Below, one piece after another: positions 56,116 through 64,000 of a stretch of DNA of 64,000 bases (position 1 is the first letter of the stretch; every line of letters begins with the position of its first letter). The stretch comes from Acidobacteriota bacterium (GTDB lineage: Bacteria > Acidobacteriota > Vicinamibacteria > Vicinamibacterales > 2-12-FULL-66-21). The notes under the pieces were generated by a model. The model ran no database searches. It saw nothing but the letters and a program-made list of their open reading frames with translations, and was not told the origin of the DNA. The stretch is taken from positions 6,801 to 70,800 of the forward strand of contig JANMCN010000156.1 of assembly GCA_031361295.1 (NCBI GenBank), written 5' to 3'. Both the position numbers and the translations under genes were made by a program.

Positions 56116-56902
56116 CACGCGCAAGCGGCGGCGCGACGACCGGCCGCACCGCTTCCGTCGCGGGGTGTTCCTGCTGCCGTCGCTCTTCACCGTGGCGAAC
56201 CTGTTCTGCGGTTACGCGTGCGTCGTGTTCTCGACCCGCTCGGATTTCGATACCGCGGCGCTCTTCATCGGGATCGCCATGATCCTGGACACGCTCGACG
56301 GATTCTTTGCGCGGCTGACGAACTCGTCCTCGGCATTCGGCGTGGAGCTCGATTCGCTCGCGGACGTGGTGTCGTTCGGCCTCGCGCCCGCGATTCTGGC
56401 GTTCACCTGGGGCCTCTGGCCGCTGCAGCGGCTGGGATGGGCGGCGGGCTTTCTCTTCGTCGCGGCAGCCGCCATGCGGCTCGCGCGGTTCAACGTGCAG
56501 AGCGCGACGACCAGCGCGTCCAGCGACAAGCGGTATTTCGTCGGGATGCCGAGCCCGGCCGCGGCGTCGGTCATCGCGGCGACGGTGTTCTGGTACCCCT
56601 ACGGGCTCCACGAGCGCCAGACGGCGGTGCCCGCCCTCGCCATGGTACTCGTGCCGGCGTTCCTCATGGTCAGCACCATCCGGTTCCGCAGCGTGAAGGC
56701 GATTGAGGTCGGCCATCGCCGCTCGTATTTCGTCCTCTTCGTGGCGGCCGTGGGGCTCGCGCTCATCGCCTCGCATCCCCGGCTGGCGCTCGTGGTCCTC
56801 TCGTATGGGTATGTCGTGGCCGCGCTTGGCGCCTGGGTGTACGGCCGCCTCCGGCGTCGCGCGCATCCGGGCCCCGCGGGCGATCCCGGCGGCGTGATTT
56901 AG
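56105..56902 (+). CDS. pssA: CDP-diacylglycerol--serine O-phosphatidyltransferase
   Basis: CDP-alcohol phosphatidyltransferase motif DTLDGFFARLTNSSSAFGVELDSLADVVSFG with multiple TM helices. GTG 56105 overlaps the psd end by 11 nt. An alternative ATG is at 56060. Confidence 0.85.
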   Translation: MVDSTRKRRRDDRPHRFRRGVFLLPSLFTVANLFCGYACVVFSTRSDFDTAALFIGIAMILDTLDGFFARLTNSSSAFGVELDSLADVVSFGLAPAILAFTWGLWPLQRLGWAAGFLFVAAAAMRLARFNVQSATTSASSDKRYFVGMPSPAAASVIAATVFWYPYGLHERQTAVPALAMVLVPAFLMVSTIRFRSVKAIEVGHRRSYFVLFVAAVGLALIASHPRLALVVLSYGYVVAALGAWVYGRLRRRAHPGPAGDPGGVI

Positions 56903-56952
56903 TCCCCGCGGCCCGCGCCCCGGTGGTCAGCCCCTGGGGGGCGCCGGATTCT

Positions 56953-56996
56953 GGCGGGGTCAGGCCCGTGGAGCGGCGGGGTCAGGCCCCTGGGGG
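56953..56996. repeat. Two tandem 21-bp units sharing the exact 14-mer GCGGGGTCAGGCCC, plus a degenerate third copy upstream (56925-56940)
   Basis: The exact 14-mer occurs at 56955-56968 and 56976-56989. The third, looser copy GGTCAGCCCCTGGGGG is at 56925. The repeat spans the stop codon of the large kinase gene. Confidence 0.4.
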
Positions 56997-59900
56997 AAGG
57001 GCAATCGGCAGGCGGATTCGCACCAGGGTCCCGCGTCCCTTGCTGCTCTCCACTTCAATCGTCCCGCCATTCAATTCCACGTTGCGCCGGGCGATCGGCA
57101 AGCCGAGCCCGGTGCCGGTCGTCTTCGTCGAGAAATAGGGCTCGAAGACCCGCGCCAGCGCCTCTTCATCCATCCCGGCGCCGCTGTCCCGGACGTCGAT
57201 CGACACGAACTGCGCGTCGGACGTGGCGTCGATCGTCAGGACGCCGGTGCCCGGCATCGCGTGCAGCGCGTTCTCCACGATGTTCGCGAGGCTTCGCCCG
57301 ATGAGGGTGCGGTCGACGAAGACGGGGGGAAGGGGCGGCGCGACCCGGTTCACGATGTCGATGCGACCCGCGAGGCCCGTCCGATACGGATCCACGACGT
57401 CTCCAACGAGCTCCGCCGCGTCCACCGGCGCCGGCCGTGCGGTCGGTGCGGACGCAAAGTTCGAAAACTCTGCCGAGATCTGTCGCAGCAGCCGCACCTG
57501 GCCGAGGATGGTCGTCACGCAGCTCTCGAGCACCTCGCCCATTGGCTCGCCGCGGTCGGCGTGCACGCGCCGGAGATGTTCGGCCGACAGCTGGATCGGC
57601 GTGAGCGGATTCTTGATCTCGTGCGCGACCTGCCGCGCCATCTCGGCCCAGGCTTCGAGCCGGTGGGTTCGTTCGAGCTGAGTGCGCTGCGCCTTGAGCT
57701 CGGCGGCCATGCTGTTGAACGCATCCACGAGCCGCCGGAGCTCATCGGACGACTTGACGGCGATCTGCGCGTCGAAGTCCCCACGGGCGATGCGCCGCGT
57801 CGCGCGCGTGAGGCGGCGCACGGGGTCGGCGATCCGCTCCGCCATGTAGAGTCCCATCCCCGCGCCGACGAGGATGAACATCAGCGCAAGGAGATGGACG
57901 CCGCGGTCGAGATCGTCGATCTCGCGATCGATGTCGCGCTGGCGGTTGGCCAACGGCACCGTGAGAATCACCTTGCGCGCACCGGCCCGGACCGGAGCCG
58001 CGGCGATGGTGTAGGGGAAGGTGCCGATCCGATCCTCGCCGACGAAACTGGGCAGCCGCTGGAGCGCGATGGCGCGGTAGACGTCACCGGGCGTTCGCGT
58101 CCCGAGTAGACCGGACGCGAACAGATCGCGTTCGCTCGTCGCGATGAGCTCGGCCCCGTCGAAGATGTTGACGTCCTGGTCGATGACCTGGCTGATCCAC
58201 ATCAGCACATCGTCGCTTGCGGGGGGCAGTCCGTCGGTGCGCTGCAGCAGCGCGTTCGACTGCTCGATGACGCGCTGGGCGACGGCGGCCGTCCGTGCCG
58301 CTTCGAGCGCGACATCGGCCGCGAGCAGGTTCGCGAAGTAGCTGCGGATCACGACCGCGAGCGTCAGCACGGGGATGACTGACGCGAGCACGAACGCCAG
58401 GAACAGCTTGCGGTAGAAGCTCGCCCGAATCTCGCGCAGGAGCGCGCGGCCGAGGCGCGGACGGGCACGCGCGACGCGCGTGAACATCGCCGTGACGAGC
58501 AGGACTCCCACGTACGCGAGCCCCGACAGCGTCGTCAGCTCTGCGAGATGCACCAGGTGGTCGAACAGGGTGAGCGAGGGGTAGCCGAGAGCGTAGATGA
58601 ACACCCGGTCGTTTGAGATGTAGACGTGGTACCGCCGGCCCCCGCTCGTGATTGCCGCCCAGAAGGGCTGCCGCGCCGGATCGTAAATCCGTGCGAAGAG
58701 CGAGTCGCTGATCGGCCAGGCGACGCGTCCGGATGTGTAGATCGGGCTCAGGCTCCAGCCGTAGATCGCGACGTCCACATCGCTGCCGGTCGCGCCCTCG
58801 TCCGGCCCCGACCCTTCCGCCGGGCGGAACACCTCGAAGTACGGGTTCTGCGACGTGATGAACGGCAGCGTCCTGTAGTCGAAGAGCAGCACGTGGACGA
58901 CGATCGTTCCGACCGGTTCCGGCGCGCCGCCCGGCACCGCGCTCACGCAGATCTGGCGATCGGCGTGCAGCACCCTTCGCTCTTCCGATCCGAACGGCGT
59001 GGCTTCGCCGAAGACGTCCCAGCCGCAACCCGACGCGGCCTGCGGCGCCTGCTGCGCGACGGAGTACTCCGGGTAGTTGAGCGCGAACCGGCTGACGAGG
59101 GCGCCCGAACGGTCGTACAGCTCGATCGCGGACGTGAGCCGCGCACGGGCGAGGGCCGTCTGTTTCCAGACGAAGAACGCGCTGTCGGTGCGTGGTTCGG
59201 CAGGGACGGCGCCGGACTGGTCGCCCGTGACCAGCGCAGGAAGGACCCCGATTGCGTCGATCTCGCGGCGCGCTTCAGACAAGTGGTCCTGCAGTGTCTG
59301 CTGCTGGCGTTGGGCCTGGACCGCAAAGCGCGTCGCGATGAGCGAGCGCATCGCGCGCTCCGCATAGAAGTCGACCGAGGGATACAGCAACAGAGCCGGC
59401 ACCACGAACGCGAGGCAGAAGCCGAGCATCCTCGCCGCGACCGTGCTGTGTCGGAACCAGCGCACGACGCGGCCGGCGGCGAGGGCAGCGAGGGCGCAGA
59501 TCGCGGCGGACGTGATGAGGCCGACGGCGGGGAGCGGCCACCCGCGCGCCTGCGCGAGAGCCGCGACGATCGCCGACGGCGCCACCCACGCCAGGGCCAC
59601 GTCCGCACGGCGCCAGGCGGACGTCGGCCTCCGGCGGCGCCAGCCCGCCAGCGAGGCATGCAGGAGGAGCGTGCCCGCCCAGATCGCCGCGACGTGGCTG
59701 GCCAGGATGCCGGTCAGCAACGCCAGCCGGCTGGCGGCCCACGGGTGCAGGGAGAAATGACGCAGGTCGACGGCCACCGGATCGACCGCCCGCAGGAGCA
59801 GCCAGTCGAAGGCGACGAGGACCGCGGCGACCGCCGCGCCGGCGCAGATTTGCCCCACCACCGCCGCGAAGGGCGGCCCGGGAGTCGAATGGCGCCGCGC

Positions 59901-60968
59901 CCGCGTCGCGATCCGCACGCGGACGGCCGGCCCGGCGAGCAGCGCCACGACGGCGGCCGCCGTTACACCGCCGAGCAGCAACAGCAACGGGGTGCCAGGC
60001 ACCGCGCCCTCGCCGACGGCCAGGGCGCCCCACACGAGCGATGCGCCCGTCAGCAGCAGCGCGACCGCCGCACCGGTGGCACGCACATAGGTCCGTTCGC
60101 CCCGCGCCTCGGCGCGGCGGTCCAGCACCGGGCCGGTGAGCAGCAGCAGCGTGAGGCTGAGCGTCGCAAGGGCGGCAGCCGCGACCCGCCGCCGGAACGC
60201 CGATCGGGCCCGCTCGATCTCGGCAGGCGGCATCGAGACTTCCACCAGCGGGTCGCCGCCCGGCGCACGCAGCACGAACGCGTTCGGGCGGGCCTCGCCC
60301 CCGGCCCCCTCCCAGCGCATGCGCAGCGAGGCGGGCCCCAGGGTCGTCGGCAGCAGGAAGTCCGTCGCGGTGATCGTGGCGGCCGCAGACGCCGGCGACA
60401 GGACATGTTCGACCGCGACCGAACCGAGCCGGTGCTGCTGACCATCGAGAATGGGGACCAGGTGGACCAGCCGGAGGCCCAGTGGTGACGGCGTGAGGAA
60501 GAAGACGGAGGGACCCGTGAGCCGATCGGGCGCCCGGATATCCGAAGGGCGGCCCCCCCAGGCACGGGCGATTCCCTGCGTATCGTAGATCGTCGCGGCG
60601 ACGTCTTCGATCTCGTCGCCGGCCTCGGACACGCGGCGATCCACCAGGTCGAACAGGTCACGGGCGGCGTCCGGTCCGGCACCCAGCGCACGGGCGGCCG
60701 CGGGATCCGTGGCGACTCCCGTCGCGACACGCGAGAGCACCGCCGTCACACGGTCGAAATCACGGCGCACCTGGCGCTCAAGCCGCGTTGACGCCCCGGC
60801 CGGCGACGCGCCAAAGCGCCAGACCTCGAGCGCGAGGCCGGCGAGTGCCACCAGCGCCGCCGCCGTGAGGCCGGCCGTGAGCAGCCTGCGCCACGTCACC
60901 GTCCGATCGCGCAATCGCGCGGAAGCAGGGGAGGACACTGAACCAGCAGAATACCGCAAGAGGTACAA
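56982..60968 (-). CDS. Very large polytopic sensor histidine kinase (multi-TM N-terminus + HAMP + NtrY-like HisKA + HATPase_c)
   Basis: HAMP (RIARGDFDAQIAVKSSDELRRLVDAFNSMAAEL), H-box VAHEIKNPLTPIQLSAEHL (NtrY-type), N-box IVENALHAM, G-boxes DSGAGM and GTGLGLPIA. There are many hydrophobic segments in the first ~900 aa. The start is uncertain (TTG 60968 or GTG 60938). Confidence 0.8.
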   Translation of the reverse strand: MYLLRYSAGSVSSPASARLRDRTVTWRRLLTAGLTAAALVALAGLALEVWRFGASPAGASTRLERQVRRDFDRVTAVLSRVATGVATDPAAARALGAGPDAARDLFDLVDRRVSEAGDEIEDVAATIYDTQGIARAWGGRPSDIRAPDRLTGPSVFFLTPSPLGLRLVHLVPILDGQQHRLGSVAVEHVLSPASAAATITATDFLLPTTLGPASLRMRWEGAGGEARPNAFVLRAPGGDPLVEVSMPPAEIERARSAFRRRVAAAALATLSLTLLLLTGPVLDRRAEARGERTYVRATGAAVALLLTGASLVWGALAVGEGAVPGTPLLLLLGGVTAAAVVALLAGPAVRVRIATRARRHSTPGPPFAAVVGQICAGAAVAAVLVAFDWLLLRAVDPVAVDLRHFSLHPWAASRLALLTGILASHVAAIWAGTLLLHASLAGWRRRRPTSAWRRADVALAWVAPSAIVAALAQARGWPLPAVGLITSAAICALAALAAGRVVRWFRHSTVAARMLGFCLAFVVPALLLYPSVDFYAERAMRSLIATRFAVQAQRQQQTLQDHLSEARREIDAIGVLPALVTGDQSGAVPAEPRTDSAFFVWKQTALARARLTSAIELYDRSGALVSRFALNYPEYSVAQQAPQAASGCGWDVFGEATPFGSEERRVLHADRQICVSAVPGGAPEPVGTIVVHVLLFDYRTLPFITSQNPYFEVFRPAEGSGPDEGATGSDVDVAIYGWSLSPIYTSGRVAWPISDSLFARIYDPARQPFWAAITSGGRRYHVYISNDRVFIYALGYPSLTLFDHLVHLAELTTLSGLAYVGVLLVTAMFTRVARARPRLGRALLREIRASFYRKLFLAFVLASVIPVLTLAVVIRSYFANLLAADVALEAARTAAVAQRVIEQSNALLQRTDGLPPASDDVLMWISQVIDQDVNIFDGAELIATSERDLFASGLLGTRTPGDVYRAIALQRLPSFVGEDRIGTFPYTIAAAPVRAGARKVILTVPLANRQRDIDREIDDLDRGVHLLALMFILVGAGMGLYMAERIADPVRRLTRATRRIARGDFDAQIAVKSSDELRRLVDAFNSMAAELKAQRTQLERTHRLEAWAEMARQVAHEIKNPLTPIQLSAEHLRRVHADRGEPMGEVLESCVTTILGQVRLLRQISAEFSNFASAPTARPAPVDAAELVGDVVDPYRTGLAGRIDIVNRVAPPLPPVFVDRTLIGRSLANIVENALHAMPGTGVLTIDATSDAQFVSIDVRDSGAGMDEEALARVFEPYFSTKTTGTGLGLPIARRNVELNGGTIEVESSKGRGTLVRIRLPIALPPGA

Positions 60969-60979
60969 TCGACCTGTCG

Positions 60980-62002
60980 ATGCCGCAGCCTCCTGCCTTG
61001 AAATCCTCGCTGAAACGCGGTGCCTTCATCGCGGCGGCGAACTGGCCCCTCATCGCGGTGCAATTCGTCGCGGAAGGCACCCTGAAGCTCCTGCTCGCCG
61101 TGCCGGTCGTCGGCGGAATTTTTCTCGTGGTCCTGCTGCTGGGCGCCGATCTCCAGGAAGTGCTCGCCGGAGACGTGCGCGAGATCATCGGTGCCGTCCT
61201 GATGGCGCTGGGGACGAATCCCGTGGCACTCGCCGCATTCGGCGCGGCATTCGTCCTCGTGCTGCTCGGCGGTTCGACGCTCACGTTCGTGGTCAAGGGC
61301 GGCACCGTCGCGATCCTCGCCGAGGCGGAGGCGCAGGCCGGACCCATCGAGCGCCCTCCGCTTCGCCTCGCCGCGTTGCGGCGCGCCAACCGCACGAACA
61401 TCGAACCGTTTCTCGAGGGCTGCCGGCGCCTCTGGCGCCGCTACGTGAAGCTCGGGGCGTGCCTGCTGATCGCGTATGTCGTGACGGCGGCGATCTACCT
61501 GAGCTTCATCATCGGGGGATACGCGCTGGCGGGGAATTCCGGCGTGCTTCTCGGGTGGACCGTCGCGGCGGCGCTGGCGTCGAGCGCGCTCGTGGTCTGG
61601 ATCACGGTGATCAACTTCCTGTACCTGCTCACGCAGATGGCGATTGCGGTGGACGATCTCGGCGTGCGCGAAGCGGTCGCGCGGGTCGCGCAGTTCATCC
61701 GCGTCAGCCTTCGCGAGGTGGCAGGCATCTTCGGCGTCGTGCTGCTCCTCGTCGTCGTGGCCACCATCGCGTCGATCATGGCCACGGCGGGCCTCGGGCT
61801 CATCGCGTTCGTGCCCCTCGTCGGCCTCGCCATGGTGCCGCTGCAGGTGGCCGCGTGGCTCCTCCGTGGCTTCGTGTTCGAGTATCTCGCGCTGACCGCC
61901 TTCTGTGCGTACCTGACGCAGTACCGGTACTACCTCCACAACCTTGCGGCCGCGAGGGTCCCGGACGCACCCGCCGTTCTCCCCGGCGAAGGGATCGCCT
62001 GA
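60980..62002 (+). CDS. Polytopic membrane protein, hypothetical
   Basis: 340 aa with about 7 long hydrophobic helices and coding-like GC3. Its stop overlaps the next start (TGATG at 62000-62004). Confidence 0.65.
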   Translation: MPQPPALKSSLKRGAFIAAANWPLIAVQFVAEGTLKLLLAVPVVGGIFLVVLLLGADLQEVLAGDVREIIGAVLMALGTNPVALAAFGAAFVLVLLGGSTLTFVVKGGTVAILAEAEAQAGPIERPPLRLAALRRANRTNIEPFLEGCRRLWRRYVKLGACLLIAYVVTAAIYLSFIIGGYALAGNSGVLLGWTVAAALASSALVVWITVINFLYLLTQMAIAVDDLGVREAVARVAQFIRVSLREVAGIFGVVLLLVVVATIASIMATAGLGLIAFVPLVGLAMVPLQVAAWLLRGFVFEYLALTAFCAYLTQYRYYLHNLAAARVPDAPAVLPGEGIA

Positions 62003-63291
62003 TGGAGTACGAGGCGTTCCTGTCGCGGGCCGCGGCCGGCATGCAGGAGTCCGCCATCCGCCGGATGGGCACGCTCCTGGCCCGCAATCGCGACATCATC
62101 TCGTTCGCGCCCGGCTACCCGGCGGCTGACACGTTCCCCTGGGCCGCGTTCCAGGACATCGCTCGCGAACTGTTGTCCGGTGCCGATGACTATGTCCTCC
62201 AGTACGGCGCCACCCGGGGGTTTCGTCCGCTGCTCGACGTCATCGCGGCGATCATGGGACGGCGTGGCGCGCCGACCACCCTCGATCGTCTCCTCGTCAC
62301 GACCGGGTCGCAGCAGGGACTCGACCTCGTCGCGCGCGTGCTGCTCGACCCGGGCGACGTCGTCCTCGTCGAGCTGCCGACGTATACCGGGGCGATCGCC
62401 GCGTTCCACAACGTGCAGGCGCGGCTGGTGGGAGTTCCCCAGGAGGCCGACGGGATTGACCTGGGCGCACTGGACTCCGTGTATACGCGGCTCGGCGTGG
62501 ACGGCGCACGGGTGCGGCTGTTGTACGTCGTGCCGAATTTCCAGAACCCGACAGGCCTGCTGATCGGCCGGCACAAGCGACTCGCGCTGCTCGAGTGGGC
62601 CGCGCGGCGCGACATCCTGATCGTCGAGGACGACCCGTACCGGGAGCTGTACTTCGAGGACGCCGCCACCGAAGACGATGTGCGCCCCATGCGGGCGGAC
62701 GATCGCGAGGGCCGGGTCGTCTACCTGAGCAGCTTCTCCAAGACGCTCGCGCCCGGATTTCGTGTGGCCTGGATCGATGCGCCGGCTGCACTGGCCGCCA
62801 AGTTCGAGTTCGCAAAACAGGCTGCCGACGTCTGCACCGGAACGCTCGATCAGCGCCTGGTGCACGAGGTCGCGCGGCGGGGAATTCTCGAGCGACAGCT
62901 CCCGTTGCTGCGCACGCACTACCGGGAAAAGCGCGATGTCATGGTGGCAGCCCTGCGCACCGAGCTCGGCGACGCCGTCAGCTGGCCCGATCCACGCGGC
63001 GGGTTCTTCCTGTGGGCCCGACTCCCGGAGAACCTCGATGCCGATCGCCTGCTCGATCGAGCGGTCCGGCACGGCGTGGTCTACGTGGCGGGCGAAGCAT
63101 TCTTCGTGGAACGGGACGGCGGGGTGCCGGACGTCGGCACCGATTCCGGCGGGCGCAGCCTGATGCGGCTCTCGTTCTCCGCGCCCACGCACCAGCGGAT
63201 TCGCGAGGGGGTCGCGCGCCTTGCGGCCGCGATCCGCGAAGAGCTCTCTGAGCTCAGCCCGATGGACCCGGTGGCGCAACAGGCACGTTGA
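62002..63291 (+). CDS. PLP-dependent aminotransferase, class I/II (2-aminoadipate/LysN-like subgroup)
   Basis: MQESAIRRM...ISFAPGYPAADTFP...YGATRGFRPLL, and the PLP-lysine motif YLSSFSKTLAPGFRVAW. The N-terminal part of ORF 60709.. is spurious. Confidence 0.85.
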   Translation: MEYEAFLSRAAAGMQESAIRRMGTLLARNRDIISFAPGYPAADTFPWAAFQDIARELLSGADDYVLQYGATRGFRPLLDVIAAIMGRRGAPTTLDRLLVTTGSQQGLDLVARVLLDPGDVVLVELPTYTGAIAAFHNVQARLVGVPQEADGIDLGALDSVYTRLGVDGARVRLLYVVPNFQNPTGLLIGRHKRLALLEWAARRDILIVEDDPYRELYFEDAATEDDVRPMRADDREGRVVYLSSFSKTLAPGFRVAWIDAPAALAAKFEFAKQAADVCTGTLDQRLVHEVARRGILERQLPLLRTHYREKRDVMVAALRTELGDAVSWPDPRGGFFLWARLPENLDADRLLDRAVRHGVVYVAGEAFFVERDGGVPDVGTDSGGRSLMRLSFSAPTHQRIREGVARLAAAIREELSELSPMDPVAQQAR

Positions 63292-64000
63292 TGCCCGGCA
63301 GCTGCGTCAGCGGCACCACCGGCAGCGCCCGCGACTCCTCGACCAGCAGCAACTTCCACTGAGCGTTGAGGCTGCCGGTCACCGCCACCATCACGGCGCC
63401 GCCAGTCGTCTGGGCGAACGCCGGCGGTATCGCCAGTGAGTCGTCGAGCTTGATCTGGCCCGCGGGACGGCCGGCAGTGTCGAAGCCGCGAATCTCGGAG
63501 GCGGCGCCCGGCACCATGAGGGTCGTGCCGAGCAGGACAGGCCCGGTCGTCGGCCTGAACGGGACGCTCGGGTGCCAGAGGAGCGCACCGGTGTGCCGAT
63601 CGAAGGCACGCACGACGTTGTCCATCGCCGTGGTGAACACGCGGGTGCCGTCGCCCACGGGCCGTCCGCGCAGCACGGCTCCGATGCTGAAGCGCCAGTC
63701 GACGGCTCCGTCCGCGGCCTTCAGGCAATAGAAGACTCCATCAGCCGCGCCGACGAACAGGCGGTCCGGGTACGCGAGCACTTCGGAGACCGCGGGCGGC
63801 GGATTTCCGCTCGCCGGAGTCTTCGGGACCGGCAGGTGACGCACCCATCGATCCGCGCCCGTGCGCAGGTCCAGCGCCAGCAGGCGACCGTCTTCGAGCG
63901 GCACGTATAAGTTGTCTCCCTCGATCGTGGCGCGGCCATGCTGCACACCGGTCTCGCGCTCCCAGATCTTCGACCCGTCCTCCGATCGGAAGGCCGCGAG
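63254..64000 (-). CDS. PQQ-like beta-propeller repeat protein (BamB-family-like), 5' end beyond the window
   Basis: The frame stays open to base 64000 (I translated 63947-64000 as LAAFRSEDGSKIWERETG). Repeated motifs DG.L.ALD..TG...W and GAADGVFYCLKAADGAVDWRF are typical of PQQ-like propellers. Confidence 0.7.
   Translation of the reverse strand, partial: LAAFRSEDGSKIWERETGVQHGRATIEGDNLYVPLEDGRLLALDLRTGADRWVRHLPVPKTPASGNPPPAVSEVLAYPDRLFVGAADGVFYCLKAADGAVDWRFSIGAVLRGRPVGDGTRVFTTAMDNVVRAFDRHTGALLWHPSVPFRPTTGPVLLGTTLMVPGAASEIRGFDTAGRPAGQIKLDDSLAIPPAFAQTTGGAVMVAVTGSLNAQWKLLLVEESRALPVVPLTQLPGINVPVAPPGPSG

Noticed and set aside
56925-56996. CRISPR-like array
   Set aside because: The units are 21 bp with essentially no spacers, there are only 2-3 copies, and there are no cas genes. 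It is not a CRISPR array.
60709-62001. N-terminal 431 codons of the 860-aa plus-strand ORF
   Set aside because: They overlap the kinase gene in antisense and the membrane protein gene out of frame. The aminotransferase homology begins at ATG 62002.
1-64000. Mobile elements, prophage, rRNA, toxin-antitoxin or known defence systems (RM, CBASS, retron, Cas)
   Set aside because: None of the translated ORFs shows transposase (DDE), integrase (R-H-R-Y), reverse transcriptase (YxDD in context), nuclease-methylase or cyclase signatures that I can recognise. The YVDD in the VOC protein at 7110-7616 is incidental.

Overview
This is a visibly GC-rich bacterial chromosomal window (GC not computed). It is densely packed on both strands with about 57 protein-coding genes and one tRNA-Arg(CCU). 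I recognised no rRNA, CRISPR array, transposase, integrase or phage genes. Long stop-free antisense ORFs are common, as expected at this GC content. I resolved them by recognisable homology, third-position GC and start-site context.

Housekeeping content: lon, mutS, tsaB, rimI, psd, pssA, apt, acyP, speB.

Envelope, sensing and accessory content:
- a ClC channel
- a PVC-type haem-binding CxxCH protein
- an ADOP-type duplicated FtsX permease
- a split LigD (ligase and polymerase as separate genes)
- a PLD-family protein
- two histidine kinases
- an ECF sigma/anti-sigma pair
- a sigma-54 enhancer-binding protein
- a PilZ protein

The ADOP permease and the PVC-type haem protein suggest an Acidobacteriota-like host. 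That is inference only.

Most interesting observations:
1. A co-directional five-gene module at 18.8-24.2 kb: ECF sigma, zf-HC2 anti-sigma, an orphan 282-aa protein, a TPR-CHAT caspase-like protease with an intact His/Cys dyad, and an orphan 242-aa protein. It is flanked on both sides by decayed gene remnants, and the CHAT gene has an unresolved start.
2. A 968-aa fusion of an HExxH metallopeptidase-like region, TolB-like propeller repeats and an Omp85-type beta-barrel.
3. A TPR / unassigned domain / sigma-54 AAA+ / HTH activator followed by a PilZ gene. The activator gene is bracketed by three copies of a 15-bp G(G/T)ATAC-N3-GTAT(A/C/T)C palindrome.
4. At 13 or more genes, -10-like hexamers sit 5-16 nt (mostly 5-11 nt) from the start codon, which suggests leaderless or near-leaderless mRNAs.
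5. An orphan canonical intrinsic terminator lies upstream of a small, highly charged ORF.
6. A secreted PI3/PI4-kinase-like protein.

All functional calls come from reading the translations by eye. No database search was possible.
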